Shown here: one piece after another, positions 52,421 to 64,000 of the stretch | How positions within the stretch are numbered: position 1 is the first letter of the stretch | How the letters are laid out: each line of letters opens with the position of its first letter | DNA from: Octopus bimaculoides | Lineage: Eukaryota | DNA: 64,000 bases | Direction: 5' to 3' | NCBI RefSeq assembly: GCF_001194135.2 | Contig: NC_068985.1 | Coordinates: forward strand, 69,322,997-69,386,996 | Program-made: the position numbers and the translations under genes | The notes under the pieces: generated by a model | The model's input: the letters and a program-made list of their open reading frames with translations, nothing else | Told to the model about the DNA's origin: nothing | The model's database searches: none

Positions 52421-52560
52421 ATTCAGTTTCCGTCTCACAAATGCACTGTTATCGTCCCGAGGCAATAGGAGCTGCCACTCGACCAAGGTGCCACGCTGAT
52501 CCGGGACTGATCCCGGAACCAAGTGGTTAGGATGCAAGCTTCACTCCACACAACTACGCC
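52421..52560 (-). mobile_element. Family-2 SINE, 5' half
   Basis: TTCAGTTTCCGTCT..CCCGAGGCAATAG..ACCAAGGTGCCACGC..GGGACTGATCCCGGAACCAAGTGGTTAGGATGCAAGCTTC; homologous to 37264-37535. Confidence 0.85.
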
Positions 52561-52565
52561 AGTGC

Positions 52566-52569
52566 GTAC

Positions 52570-52660
<91 letters not shown>
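52566..52660. repeat. (CA)n(TA)n microsatellite
   Basis: Visible. Confidence 0.95.
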
Positions 52661-52664
<4 letters not shown>

Positions 52665-52811
52665 TGCTCATGTCTTTATACATCTATAGCTACATATATA
52701 TAACATACAAACATACGCACACACGTACACTCACACACACCTCAGAAATATATGATATCTCAAGTTGTGAAGATAGAGAACGTAATAAGTTTAGTGATAT
52801 CCATACACATA

Positions 52812-53018
52812 TTCTTTTCTACACTAGGCACAAGACCCGACATTTTTGGGGAGAGTGTCAGTCGATTAGATCGACCCCAGTATGCAACTAGTACTTAATA
52901 TATCGACCTCGAAAGGATGAAAGGCAAATTGAGCTCGCCGGAATTTGAACTCAGAGCACAAAGAGAGACGAAATACCGTTAAATATTTCACCCAACGTTC
53001 TAACTTTTTTGCCAGTTC
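52812..53018 (-). mobile_element. Family-1 SINE, near full length
   Basis: GATCGACCCCAGTATGCAACTAGTACTT..ATCGACCTCGAAAGGATGAAAGGCAAA..GGAATTTGAACTCAGA; colinear with 2524-2742. Confidence 0.9.
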
Positions 53019-54299
53019 ACGCATATTAACACACATGATAGCGTGCACACCAACTCACATAACGCAGGTATACACAACTAAAGGAATAAAGAAAACCCCA
53101 TCGATTTGAGTATATGTACTGGTATGAACATATGACAATGTATTCGCATAAATTCATTCATACGCATAACAGCAAACACTACAGCACACGTACAAACTTC
53201 TGAAACGTCATGTTTATATAAAATGGAAGACACTCACATGTGTACACACGTAAACAACGCATCATACTGACAAACAAATACACACACTTGTGTGTGTGCA
53301 TATGTATGTGTATTATATATATATATATGTGTGTGTACTCACACATGCATATATTTATATACACACACAGGCACACATACATATATACTCATATGGGGGT
53401 GTACACAATGCAGTGTGATATCTCCTGCTATGAGGACACTAAACAACCATCGCAAGTCAGTTTACCCCACCATATCCAATGACATTTCAAACACTCGGTT
53501 TAATATCTCGCTTCCTACCTTCATACGAAAAAATTTGGAGACAGACTGCACGTGATCATTTAGCGAGCTAAAAATAACTGCCAACATTCTTAGATATTAA
53601 GGCAAACCCTGTAACTGAAGACAAGAACAACATACAATGCTGTATTAGCCGTATCGTCCCTGGACAACAGAGTGGATGATAGCTACAAATACTTTCTTTC
53701 GGTATCCTGTTATCTTTCTAAGAAAAATTAACTCTCCTTTTTTTTTTAATGAAAGAAATGACATATACTACACTGGAAATGGAAATGAAACATTTTATAT
53801 GAGGGCACCTCATCACTTATGAACTGTTGCTAAACGATGACTGTATTGAATGTGTTTCATTTTAAAATGGGTTACTTTAAAATATTAACATTCATATAAT
53901 TAAGAATATCGTTCACATTAATATTTTCTATGACATATCGTTAGATTTAGTGCTTGTTGTGGCTAATTCAAAATGTGGGTAAGCACTAATTTTTAATCAT
54001 ACCAAAGTGTAGTTTCGAAATAAGTGTATCATTGTAAATGTGGTGGTGCACCATTGAATGATGAGTGGGCGGGGGCAGTTCTGTTCAGTTTACCCAGTTA
54101 GCGATGTGCACAGAGGGAGTGATGACATACTAAATTTTGTTAATCATGCTTAATTCCCGAGTTCAAAATTTTGAGACGTAACATTTACTTTTAATCGTTT
54201 ATTTCTTCCGGTAACCATATATGGCCTAGATCCTATATTACGAATTACAGATACGAAAATAAAGGAATTTATAGACTAATGCTCTGAATATATCGCGAC

Positions 54300-54390
54300 G
54301 TTCATTTAAATATCCTTACATTCTTGAGTTCAAATCCTGCTCGAGTTCACTGTCTCTGACATGTTTCGGTAAGAGAAAATAAGGTCTAAT
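54300..54390 (+). mobile_element. Highly diverged family-1 SINE remnant
   Basis: TTACATTCTTGAGTTCAAATCCTGCTCGAG B-box region; the remainder is weak. Confidence 0.4.
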
Positions 54391-55559
54391 CTTTACTCCT
54401 ATTTTTTTTTCTTTAGGTTACAATGTACCACTATATTTACGGGAAAGGTGTGGTCCCTCACGATTCTGTTAAAATTCCAAAACTGTTAAGCTATTCCGCG
54501 AACTTAGAAGTATTTTTCTTGCATATTCTTTCATCTATGAAGCATCATTTTTCGGTGCAATTTAACTCTGGTTTTGTTCGATTACTCCAGCGGGGCAATT
54601 CCCTTTCTTGAAAAAAAAAAAAACAGACACCTAATTTAAAACATAATTGATGATCAGAGGCGTGTGTAAATGACTTGGAGCGAAAATTTAAATGAAATGG
54701 GAAAAGAGAAACAAAGGGAGACATAAAAAGGTAGAGAGAGAGAAAGAGAGATAGAGAGATGTAGAAAAGGGAAGTGGATACATAGAGACTTGGAGAGAAA
54801 AAAGCAAGAGAGAGTGAAAGAGAAAGAGAAATGAAAGTGCCACATGCCTTCTTTAATAACAAAACCCCTGCTCTATCCACGGCAACGACGTCATGAAGGA
54901 AAACATCTTCCTGCAGTTTACTTGGGACAGCTGAGATACTGAAGGATAAACAGTCGAACAACTGCCACGCCAGTGAAAGCAATCATAACCACAAGGAGAT
55001 TAGAGAGAACATTATGTGTGCTTCTATAAGTAAAACTGATCACGCAGACAATTTACCACAAGCAAGAATATATAAACAAATATAATTGCGTTATTACGTG
55101 TTTAAGTTTCATAAAATATTTCAACGCTAACGTTCATAGCATATTAGTAAACAAATATTAATAAATAAAAGTAGAAACATAAGTAAAGAAAACTAGAAAA
55201 CAATATCCACAGTCCTAAAAAAAAAAAAATTCGAAGATATCTTCAGAGTTTAGTCTGCTTGTACATCGCAAGAATTTGTGATAAATATTTATAGATAGTA
55301 TGACGTGTGACTAAAGTACAAGTCACCGGTTTGACCCCCACCACCATCTACAAGGGATAGAATGGAAGCGCCCAAAGAGGTTGTAGCACACAAGTCAACT
55401 TTGTAAAAGAAAAAATAATAAGAACATATCTTTTGTGTTACACGCGTTTCGTGATGAAATTTTGCTTTTTGGACTGTGTTTTGGTAGCTCATCTTCGTTC
55501 CACCATTGTGCTGAACGATTACGGTTGTTGTATTGGATTCGTTTCTCATCACATGTTAC

Positions 55560-56185
55560 AATTCGATTAAAAAATTATTCATTTTTGTGACGAGTAGTTA
55601 GCATAATGCAGGCTTCCTAACTATCATGTGTCTGATTTTCATTGAGTTCATGTGGAACCCATTTATCCAACTTGTTCGCTTTACCAATTGGAACTAGGTG
55701 AGTCAATATATTCTTTGCTTGTTTACGCAAAAACAACAACAACAATTCCCGGGCACTTTCAGAGGGATCTGACACGACGGTGGCTTTCAGTTCGTCATTA
55801 TCCACCTTTGTTTCTGGTCGACCTCGTTGCTCCTTTGTGAGGTCAAAGTTACCAGAACGAAATTTTGCAAACCAATGTGATACTGTCTGCTGTGTAACAC
55901 ATTATATTGAAATAATCCATTAATATTCGGAGCTGCCTGTGATGCTGTATTTCCAATAAAAACTCATATTTCAAAACTCCACGAGCTTCCGAATTATCTA
56001 TCTCTAAACAAAAATAGTGAAAAAAGGAAAACGATTTATAAATAGATTATAAAGCGCAAAATGAGTTAGAATAAAGACATATATGTGTCAGCTTTCTAAC
56101 TAAAAATAAAGATTGTCAAAATATAATAATGGCGCGAAATGAGCAGCTGTCAAAATTTACCATATTTCTTACTACAAATTTCATA
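55560..56185 (-). mobile_element. Mariner 5' half, decayed (same broad family as 37880-38945)
   Basis: Minus strand KYEF..GNTASQAA.NI..WFAKFRSGNFDL...DNDELKATVVSDPS...KANKLDKWVPHELNENQ. Confidence 0.88.
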
Positions 56186-56890
56186 CTTGACGAACTAATA
56201 TATGATTACAGTTAGCTGAAGATTTTAGAGAGAATTCGCCCCTTGCACTTCTGACTAAAGAACATACGTACACACTCATACACACACACTCATACACACG
56301 CACACACACACACTCATATACGCACATTTTCATACACATACACAAAACACCACAGAAATACAAACACACATACATACATCAACACACTCACAGACGTGTA
56401 TACACAGAGACACACATACACAGATGTGATGGCGTACATTACAGTCACTGTAGCTAATTGGATTAAAAAATCATGGGATGGTCGTGGTAATGATGTGACT
56501 TGCATTCGTTTAGATTTTAGTGACGATAAGCGAGTATTGTTGGTAGTGTGGTAGTTATATTGCTCTTGCTAATTGTCTTGTAACAGCTGTTTAGAATCAA
56601 GAAAATCCCCAAAGTATTAATATCATTTTATTCAACATTTAAAATAATCTAGGATACCATATTATATGCTTTTATTTGAAATGTCTTGATTATCTAATTC
56701 GTACAATATAATAAATATAATACTCTTGTTTATTGTCTTGTTGATGGAATCACGCATTCACATACACACACAGACTCACACATACAGAGTTATTTACACT
56801 CACGTTATCTTCATTCTATATACATGTGTACATGCGTGAGCATATATGTGTGTAACGTGATAATAATTTTTTTCCTCAAATCGTTATATA

Positions 56891-58046
56891 TTGGGTCATC
56901 CCATAAATAATGTGGTTTTTTTCAATCGCATGAACTAAAAGTCGGAAGGGGATAGGATAAACTGCCTCAATCAACTTGCAACAAAACGGATTGTAATTTT
57001 ACCTTGTCCTTCCACTTAGTGTAAATTTTGAAAAGTGCAGTTCGATTTTAATAGCTATTTTTTAAAAGCTATAATGGAAGTGACAAAGGAGTGTATTCGG
57101 CATATTTTGCTTTATGAGTTCAATAAGGCAACAGCTCAACGGACAATGTGAAAAATATTAATGCAGTATATGTGCATCGGACGACAAGCATAAGCCAATG
57201 CCAACAGTGGTTCCAGAAATTCCGGAGATTTTTAGAGCTTGATGAGGACGTCCTGCAAACCCTAGTGGAACATAACTGTTGAGAAGTTAACAGAAAAGCT
57301 TCTTTTTGATCATTCAATCATTCATCAATACATACGTGCCATCAGAAAAGTCAGCAAATTGGGTCAATGGGCACCTCACTAACATTCGGAGTCTAGTCAC
57401 GCGCAGAGAGTGAATGTGTGCTCTTCTTTCCTGTCACGTCTCACAAATGAACCTTTTATTTTTCTTTTGGACCGAATAGTGATTAGTGATTAAAAATAGG
57501 TTCTCTATAAAAATGTCAACAGTGAAGACAGTGGGTAGGGAAAGGGGAAACACCGACACCCCAGGCTAAAGAAGGTTTTCAGCCAGGTACGGTGTTGTTA
57601 CTTGTTTAGTGGGATGTGAAAGGTTTAGTTCACTTTAAACTTTGAAACCCAAACCAAACGGTAACAAAGGAGATCTACTCTGAGCAGTTTGACCGGCTTA
57701 AGTCAGCGATATATGAAAAATGATCATCTTTGGTTTCAAGACAAAAGGTGTTCTTCCATCAAGATAATGCTCGGTCGCATACAGCGAGGATAACATTCTA
57801 AATACTGGAGAAGTTTGAGTGGGAAACGATGCCCCACCCACCATATTCGCTGGACGTTGAATTCTGTAGATAAGATCACAACAATACTGAAGGAGTATTT
57901 TTCGTCACGAACAAATTAATTTTGGAAAAGGGGCTTTATAAGTCTACCAGGTAGACAGAAGAGCATTGTAGAGAATGAAGGAGAGTATCTTAATTTTCAG
58001 AAATAAAAGAAGTATAAACAAACCCATTGTTTATGGGATGGCCCAA
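56891..58046 (+). mobile_element. Mariner element with both TIRs and TA target sites (1156 bp), decayed transposase
   Basis: TA|TTGGGTCATCCCATAAATAATG ... CATTGTTTATGGGATGGCCCAA|TA (22-bp TIR, 2 mismatches). ATG at 57074 MEVTKECIRHILLYEFNK; GQWAPH; HQDNARSH; PHPPYSLDV; stops and deletions. Confidence 0.95.
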
Positions 58047-59312
58047 TATTTTGATCTTAACTAAAAGCAAGTGGTCATTGACCTCAGATGAAAGTGTAGT
58101 TTCAAATTGTTAATAATTTAAAACTATGCAATCGGAGTATATGTAAGAGCGAAATTACTGACCGTATTCCGAAATTAAAGGTCAAACATGACAATTTTCT
58201 CAGACGCGAAATCCCATATCCTGAGATATCTGTAACGCGGAAGAATTCTTGTATTAATAGATGTTTTTTTACGCCTGCCAAACTATGTGTAGAAGTATCT
58301 AGTATATACTTTTTTTTTTGCTATTCTGTGTAGACATTATATATATACATTTCTGAATGTAATGTTTACTGAAGCCTTAACAATGATATGTAGAAAATAA
58401 TTGCCATTTGAATTATGTGCGTTTTCCTGCCTATTTTTCGACGGGATTTTTGTCAAATCATAATGCCAGTTACTTTGGTATTTTTGCGGCCTCCTACTGT
58501 GTTCCAGTTTGTAAAAACAGGCGATGAAATTTCTCATCTAGCCTCCGTGCGAAGATTTTCAGCTAGTATTTGTGTTCGAGCATGCCTTTTCCCAGAGCAC
58601 ATCTCTACACTGGAGGGTGTCCATCTCGAAGCTGAGTAGATAACCTACAGATCCGCTATTATTACGATTGTATTGAACTATTTACGTGCATCACGTCTAC
58701 CAAATTCGCATTAAATTTCCCACATGTTTAATACTAAAGCTTTGAATCTCTCAGCAATGTTTTTTTACACTAAAGTCTCTCGTGCTTTGAGCAGCTCCAT
58801 CTATATTGAAAATGATTGCCGATACATCTGCATCAGCGTTTCTCCACCGGTGCATAGAGACATTTGATGGAATGCATATCAGATCTGACGCTCGAACCTA
58901 ATATTTTTCTGATAGCATACAAAGGGAAGTATTATAAATTGTGTTTAAAAAATCTTAACCTCTGGGGCTGGAGTTTTAAAAAAATTTGTTTTTCTGCTTC
59001 TTGATCAGATTGAGCAACCGCACTGAGTTTGTCTCATGTCTATTTACAGTAAACGCAAGCGAAGATTTCTTGCAGCTGCAATTTTAAAACTTAAGCGTCG
59101 TTATCGAATGCACGCACTCACATACAATCGCACAAAAAATGGTTCACATGTACATGCACATACTTGAATTACGAATATGTAAACATATCTATTGTATATC
59201 GAAGGATAAAATGAAATTGTGAAGTAATTAGGATATTTTAAGATAACGACAATATATAGCGTAACATACACACGCATTTGTATGCAGAAAATTAAGTGTA
59301 TATATATATATA

Positions 59313-59489
59313 NNNNNNNNNNNNNNNNNNNNNNNNNNNNNNNNNNNNNNNNNNNNNNNNNNNNNNNNNNNNNNNNNNNNNNNNNNNNNNNNNNNNNNNN
59401 NNNNNNNNNNNNNNNNNNNNNNNNNNNNNNNNNNNNNNNNNNNNNNNNNNNNNNNNNNNNNNNNNNNNNNNNNNNNNNNNNNNNNNNNN
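59313..59489. other. Assembly gap (N run)
   Basis: Run of N flanked by (TA)n. Confidence 1.
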
Positions 59490-59914
59490 ATATATATTCG
59501 AGCACAAGCCGTTCTGTGAAATAATAGAAAAATATCAAAATAGTTGTTTTCATGCAGCGTTGAGTAAAATTTTACTTAAAGATCTCCAGAATTCGGCAAG
59601 TCCTTGTACACAAGTGCACATATATTTTGTGTCTTCTTACGCGATTGTTTGCTGACAATTTTAGTATGCAATACGAGAATATACATCGAGAAAAAGCAAA
59701 AAGTGTATGTGATGCTGAAGAACTAAGATTATTTGCATAAATTTACTCTGCATATATCAACTGGCTTGCTCCTTACCAACGTAGTTTTGTTCATCATAGC
59801 AGTTTGCAAAAAAGAATAAATAAATAAACAAACGAATAAAACGGATTTGAAACGCCTGGGTAACAACCAGATGTCTACAGTTCATTTTATTATAATAGTA
59901 TTGATAGTTGTTGC

Positions 59915-60062
59915 CATTGTTGTTGTTGTTGTTGTTGTTTGTTGTGGTGGTGGCGGCGGCGGCGGTGGTGGTGTTGGTGCTGCTGCTGTTGTTGTTGTTG
60001 TTGTTGTTGGAGGCGGCGGTGGCGGCTGCGGCAGCGGCAGCTGTGGTGATGGTGGTGGTCAT
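59915..60062. repeat. Compound trinucleotide repeat (GTT/GGT/GGC/GCT)
   Basis: Visible in-phase trinucleotide mosaic. Confidence 0.95.
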
Positions 60063-60095
60063 TGTGGTGTTGCTATTATAATTACTATTATCATA

Positions 60096-60548
60096 GAGTA
60101 AGACGGCATTGCATGCTATCAGAGTGACACAATGGAGAATATCCATTATGACAACACGTCTGATAATGGTGCATCAGGCACAAGCGTCACAATCATATGT
60201 GCACAAGATGGTGATTTCATATTAAGATAAACAGCCCAAACGGCTCAAAAGGTCCCTGAATAAGAGTTGTTTCGGGATGTTGAACAAAATACCCATGTTT
60301 CCAAATGTGAATTATTCAATCTCCAAAAAATTCCTCTCAAGACATGCCTCTGATGATCTTCCAATAGTTCTGTTCGTGATCAGAGATTCACATATCGTCA
60401 GCCAATAAGGGACATGCTCAGCAGGTTAACGTCAAACTACTGACAGGCAAACTGTGGCACCGAGCGGAATGTTTTTACCAAGACAAAACAATGTATATGA
60501 TAACACATCCAATCAATTAAAATCAGAAACCATGATACTGCACTAGGT
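60096..60548 (-). mobile_element. Second copy of the (AAT)n-associated ~500-bp element
   Basis: Reverse complement is colinear with 7317-7843, e.g. AAGATAAACAGC, GGTCCCTGAATAAG, TTTCCAAATGTGAATTATTCAA, ACCAAGACAAAACAATGTA, CCAATCAATTAAAATCAGAA. Confidence 0.88.
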
Positions 60549-60551
60549 TAT

Positions 60552-60820
<269 letters not shown>

Positions 60821-60935
60821 TTATGTTTGACTTTTGTTTTGCATTTGTACAAGTTGGATCCAAGTCTCACCCAGAGACCTCAAGAGACAACAAGTTAGAA
60901 GTTCATGTAGGTGTTATGCCTAGGGTACCATTTGT
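60821..60935 (-). mobile_element. Probable 3' end of an R4/Dong-like LINE with (AAT)n tail
   Basis: Minus strand ...TTGAGGTCTCTGGGTGAGACTTGGATCCAACTTGTACAAATGCAAAACAAAAGTCAAACATAA+(AAT)n; assignment from recall of R4-type 3' UTRs. Confidence 0.45.
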
Positions 60936-60939
60936 ACAG

Positions 60940-60984
<45 letters not shown>

Positions 60985-60988
<4 letters not shown>

Positions 60989-61101
60989 TGAGAGAACAGC
61001 GCATGCCATCAAAGTGACAAATTGACACCGGGGTAAAATATGCGAAGCCCAGTATACCCATCAAATACCATGAGAGCCACTCCCTGGTACAGCATCAGGA
61101 C
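60985..61101 (-). mobile_element. Miniature, internally deleted derivative of the ~500-bp element
   Basis: 60985-61062 matches the element's 3' end (about 7768-7845); about 61068-61101 (GAGAGCCACTCCCTGGTACAGCATCAGGA) matches its 5' end (about 7317-7350). Flanked by long (TTA)n on the left and a short TTA run on the right. Confidence 0.8.
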
Positions 61102-62466
61102 ATTATTATATCATCATCATCATCGTTGTCATCTTCAGTAGCAGCAGCAGTAGTAGTTGTAGTAGCAGTAGTAGTTGTAGTAGTAGTTGTAGTAGTAGTG
61201 GTAGTGGTAGTAGTAAGATTACATAAATTCATATATATATAATTTTCAGTATTACATCATACTGGAGGATTTTAAGGATTTCATCAAATAACTGACGAGA
61301 TCTACATCAAGTTCTTTAATGACTGGTATTGCCAAAACCTCACCGATTTACGTTTCAGTGAATATAATGTGATACGTATTCAGCGAAACGTATTAAGCTT
61401 TCTGTCTCCAGTTTGCAAATTGAAATATATGATAATATGTGTAACTTGTTACGACGTTGATAAGATATAGGTAGATCTATAAATACTAGATTCGAAAATT
61501 TAAAGTTAAAAACTAGTTAGATGTAAACATTACTTAACAGAATCATCAACGGAAATTGAAACTAGTCTCAATCGTGTATGCGAAGATGTGCGTTAGATTA
61601 CATGACAGGAGCTCATTACGTATCAGGCATAAAATTAGGACTTTTTAATCTTGCATTGGTTAGTATTTTAAGCATGGAGATATTTCAAATTAATTTTTTT
61701 TTTATGAAGAAGATAATGACAAATATAGGTAACATAGTAATGGGCACGTGAAATATTTCTGAATCAAAAAATCCCACTACTCTACATGCTCATGAATATT
61801 TAAAGAAATAAAAATTTAAGTATTAAATAAATATCATTTTCCAATGCATTAGTAACTATCCTAGTATATTGCACATCAAAGTACTTCAGTTGCAGCACTA
61901 TTAAAGGCGAACGCATTTATGAAGTGTTATACTAAAATGCTGCATTGAATATATTTTCAATATATTTTTGTCTTGATTTTCTTTCGACATTTCTATGTAC
62001 ATATTCAGAATATCCATGGAGTCAATACAAATCTGTGGTTGATAGTGGTATACAAACATTACTATAAGTGTAATGTATAAAAAATGCAGTTTTGCTTTAT
62101 TGAAACTATAAACGTATACGTCAATGAAGGCTTGCATTTGCATGATGTCTGATGTTAAGACTTTTTTCATGTACTTTTAACATTTACGATTACTCTTTTA
62201 CTATAGTCTGCACACTATGACAAAAATCTTAGACATACAGAGTCATAAAAACACAGACTTACTCACACATATGTACAGACGTAAGTATATCCATAAGTCT
62301 GCCTTTCAATATGTATGTGTGCATTTGTATGCACATGCGTGAGTATATATATAAAACAACGTGAAAAAATGTTCCATTCTATTACAAGTATTGAATATTT
62401 TTTTTCCATTTTCTATAACGAACACTTTTCCTCGTTCTTTCTTCCACACTATATATATGTATATAT

Positions 62467-62697
62467 NNNNNNNNNNNNNNNNNNNNNNNNNNNNNNNNNN
62501 NNNNNNNNNNNNNNNNNNNNNNNNNNNNNNNNNNNNNNNNNNNNNNNNNNNNNNNNNNNNNNNNNNNNNNNNNNNNNNNNNNNNNNNNNNNNNNNNNNNN
62601 NNNNNNNNNNNNNNNNNNNNNNNNNNNNNNNNNNNNNNNNNNNNNNNNNNNNNNNNNNNNNNNNNNNNNNNNNNNNNNNNNNNNNNNNNNNNNNNNN
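62467..62697. other. Assembly gap (N run)
   Basis: Run of N between (AT)n and (GT)n. Confidence 1.
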
Positions 62698-64000
62698 GTG
62701 TGTGTATGTATGTATACACACACACACATATATATATATATACTTACACTCACATACACACATACATATACAATATACACGTGTATAATACATTTCAATA
62801 GGAGGAAATATAGTGTGTTTGGGTTTTTGTGCATTTTCACCCCACCTTTTTCTCTCTACAAGCGTTTCAATATGAGTTGCTAAAAGATATCAATGCTATT
62901 AATGTTCGGAGTTCTTCAACTACTACGATAGCGGTTAGTCCTAGATTCTTTAATTCAACACACCTTAAGTTCCTTTATAATGCTTTAATAATGCAACAAT
63001 ACAACGTCTTCTATTAGCAAACTGGCCCTTAAACCAATGTTTGTGAATTTGATAGTTCTGCATCTGAGACACATGACGACATAAGCGAAGTTGGTAAATC
63101 ATTAATATTGCCTGCACTGATTTGACAGGAAGATATGTCGTTTGCTTACGTACCAATTCTTATCTCTTGAAAGTTTTCTGAAGAAAATGCAGATGCCCGA
63201 ATTATTCCAAAAGTGTTTTGTTAGATTGCCATAACAAATAACGATATGTTTTGTTAAGCTAGTCTAGAGGAGACGTTGAGACCAATAGACGAGTTACTGC
63301 ACGCCATGAGATATGATGGGTTAAAAACCTTAGATATTTAATCTCACCACCTCTAAGTAAATATTCGATAAGGCTTCTAACATCTAGAATAATGCCCTGG
63401 TCCACTTTACATATCAATCATAAAATTTTCCATACATAAATATAAAGCTTGGAATACTGAATAGTTTACACGCTTTCTGTTCGAAAGTTAACACAAACCA
63501 CGAGGGTGATTTCCTAGTCTTGATAGGTAAGTATTTTCTGGAGAGACATGGGTATAAGAAATCTTTTACTAAATGTTCCGTGAAGGAATATAACAGCTAC
63601 TGTCCCAGGAGAAAAATTATTACATGCATGTCACACGAGGTGTCTCCTCCAGAAGTGACGTGAGATTTCTTTCGTTCCAACCAACAAGGCAGTACCATAG
63701 CATAACTGCTGGTATGCTAAGATATATTTGAATGCATGAGTGTTTATATATAGTGGGGGAGAGGTAGTGCTGCTGACAAACACAATTAGGGTTCACGCAC
63801 ACAAAACACTCACACATACAACATATTTACGTATACACACAAGTGAATATAGAAACAAGTAGACGCATATGACAAAATGTATTAAGAAAGATAAACACAT
63901 GCATCAGTAACTCCACCTCAAATCACCACAAATTCCTTTTGTAGTCACATATAAGGTTGTGGACTGCAGTGAAGAATTATATATATATATATATATATAT

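Noticed and set aside
58400-58900. Moderately GC-rich stretch with a YAFH-like peptide on the minus strand, suggesting a MULE transposase
   Set aside because: One short motif only; not enough to support a call.
59757-60146. Poly-Thr/Ala/Asn ORF resembling a low-complexity transcription factor region
   Set aside because: Entirely explained by the trinucleotide mosaic and the adjacent repeat; no domain and no splice support.
63430-63532. Consensus splice donor AG|GTAAGT at 63527 with a short open frame (LGILNSLHAFCSKVNTNHEGDFLVLIG)
   Set aside because: Acceptor sites are poor and the peptide is unrecognised; such a hexamer is expected by chance in 64 kb.

Overview
AT-rich, microsatellite-dense eukaryotic DNA with seven N gaps. 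The SINE families and (AT)n/(CA)n/(AAT)n load are typical of an Octopus genome; this assignment is inferred from recalled repeat families, not from a search. I could not support any intact host gene, RNA gene or CRISPR array. The window is a graveyard of decayed transposable elements: a Helitron (Rep/PIF1 helicase remnant with 3' CTAG end), the 5' part of a Ty3/Gypsy element (LTR, PBS, gag, RT), L1/Tx1-type ORF1 and ORF2 remnants, an RTE LINE, two R4/Dong-like RT remnants, three mariners (one with both TIRs and TA sites), a Tigger-like MITE, and a Chapaev3-like element with both ends that encloses a Tc1 fragment. It also holds many tRNA-derived SINEs, Penelope-like tails with degenerate hammerhead-like motifs, and an unclassified ~500-bp element that sits in (AAT)n. 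The most unusual structures are: (i) a near-identical permuted inverted duplication at 41588-41913 between 51-bp direct repeats; (ii) a head-to-tail stack of insertions in (AAT)n at 60096-61101, including a miniature with both ends retained; (iii) the Chapaev3/Tc1 composite. I found no clear evidence for a new biological system. These leads are structural and need genome-wide checks.
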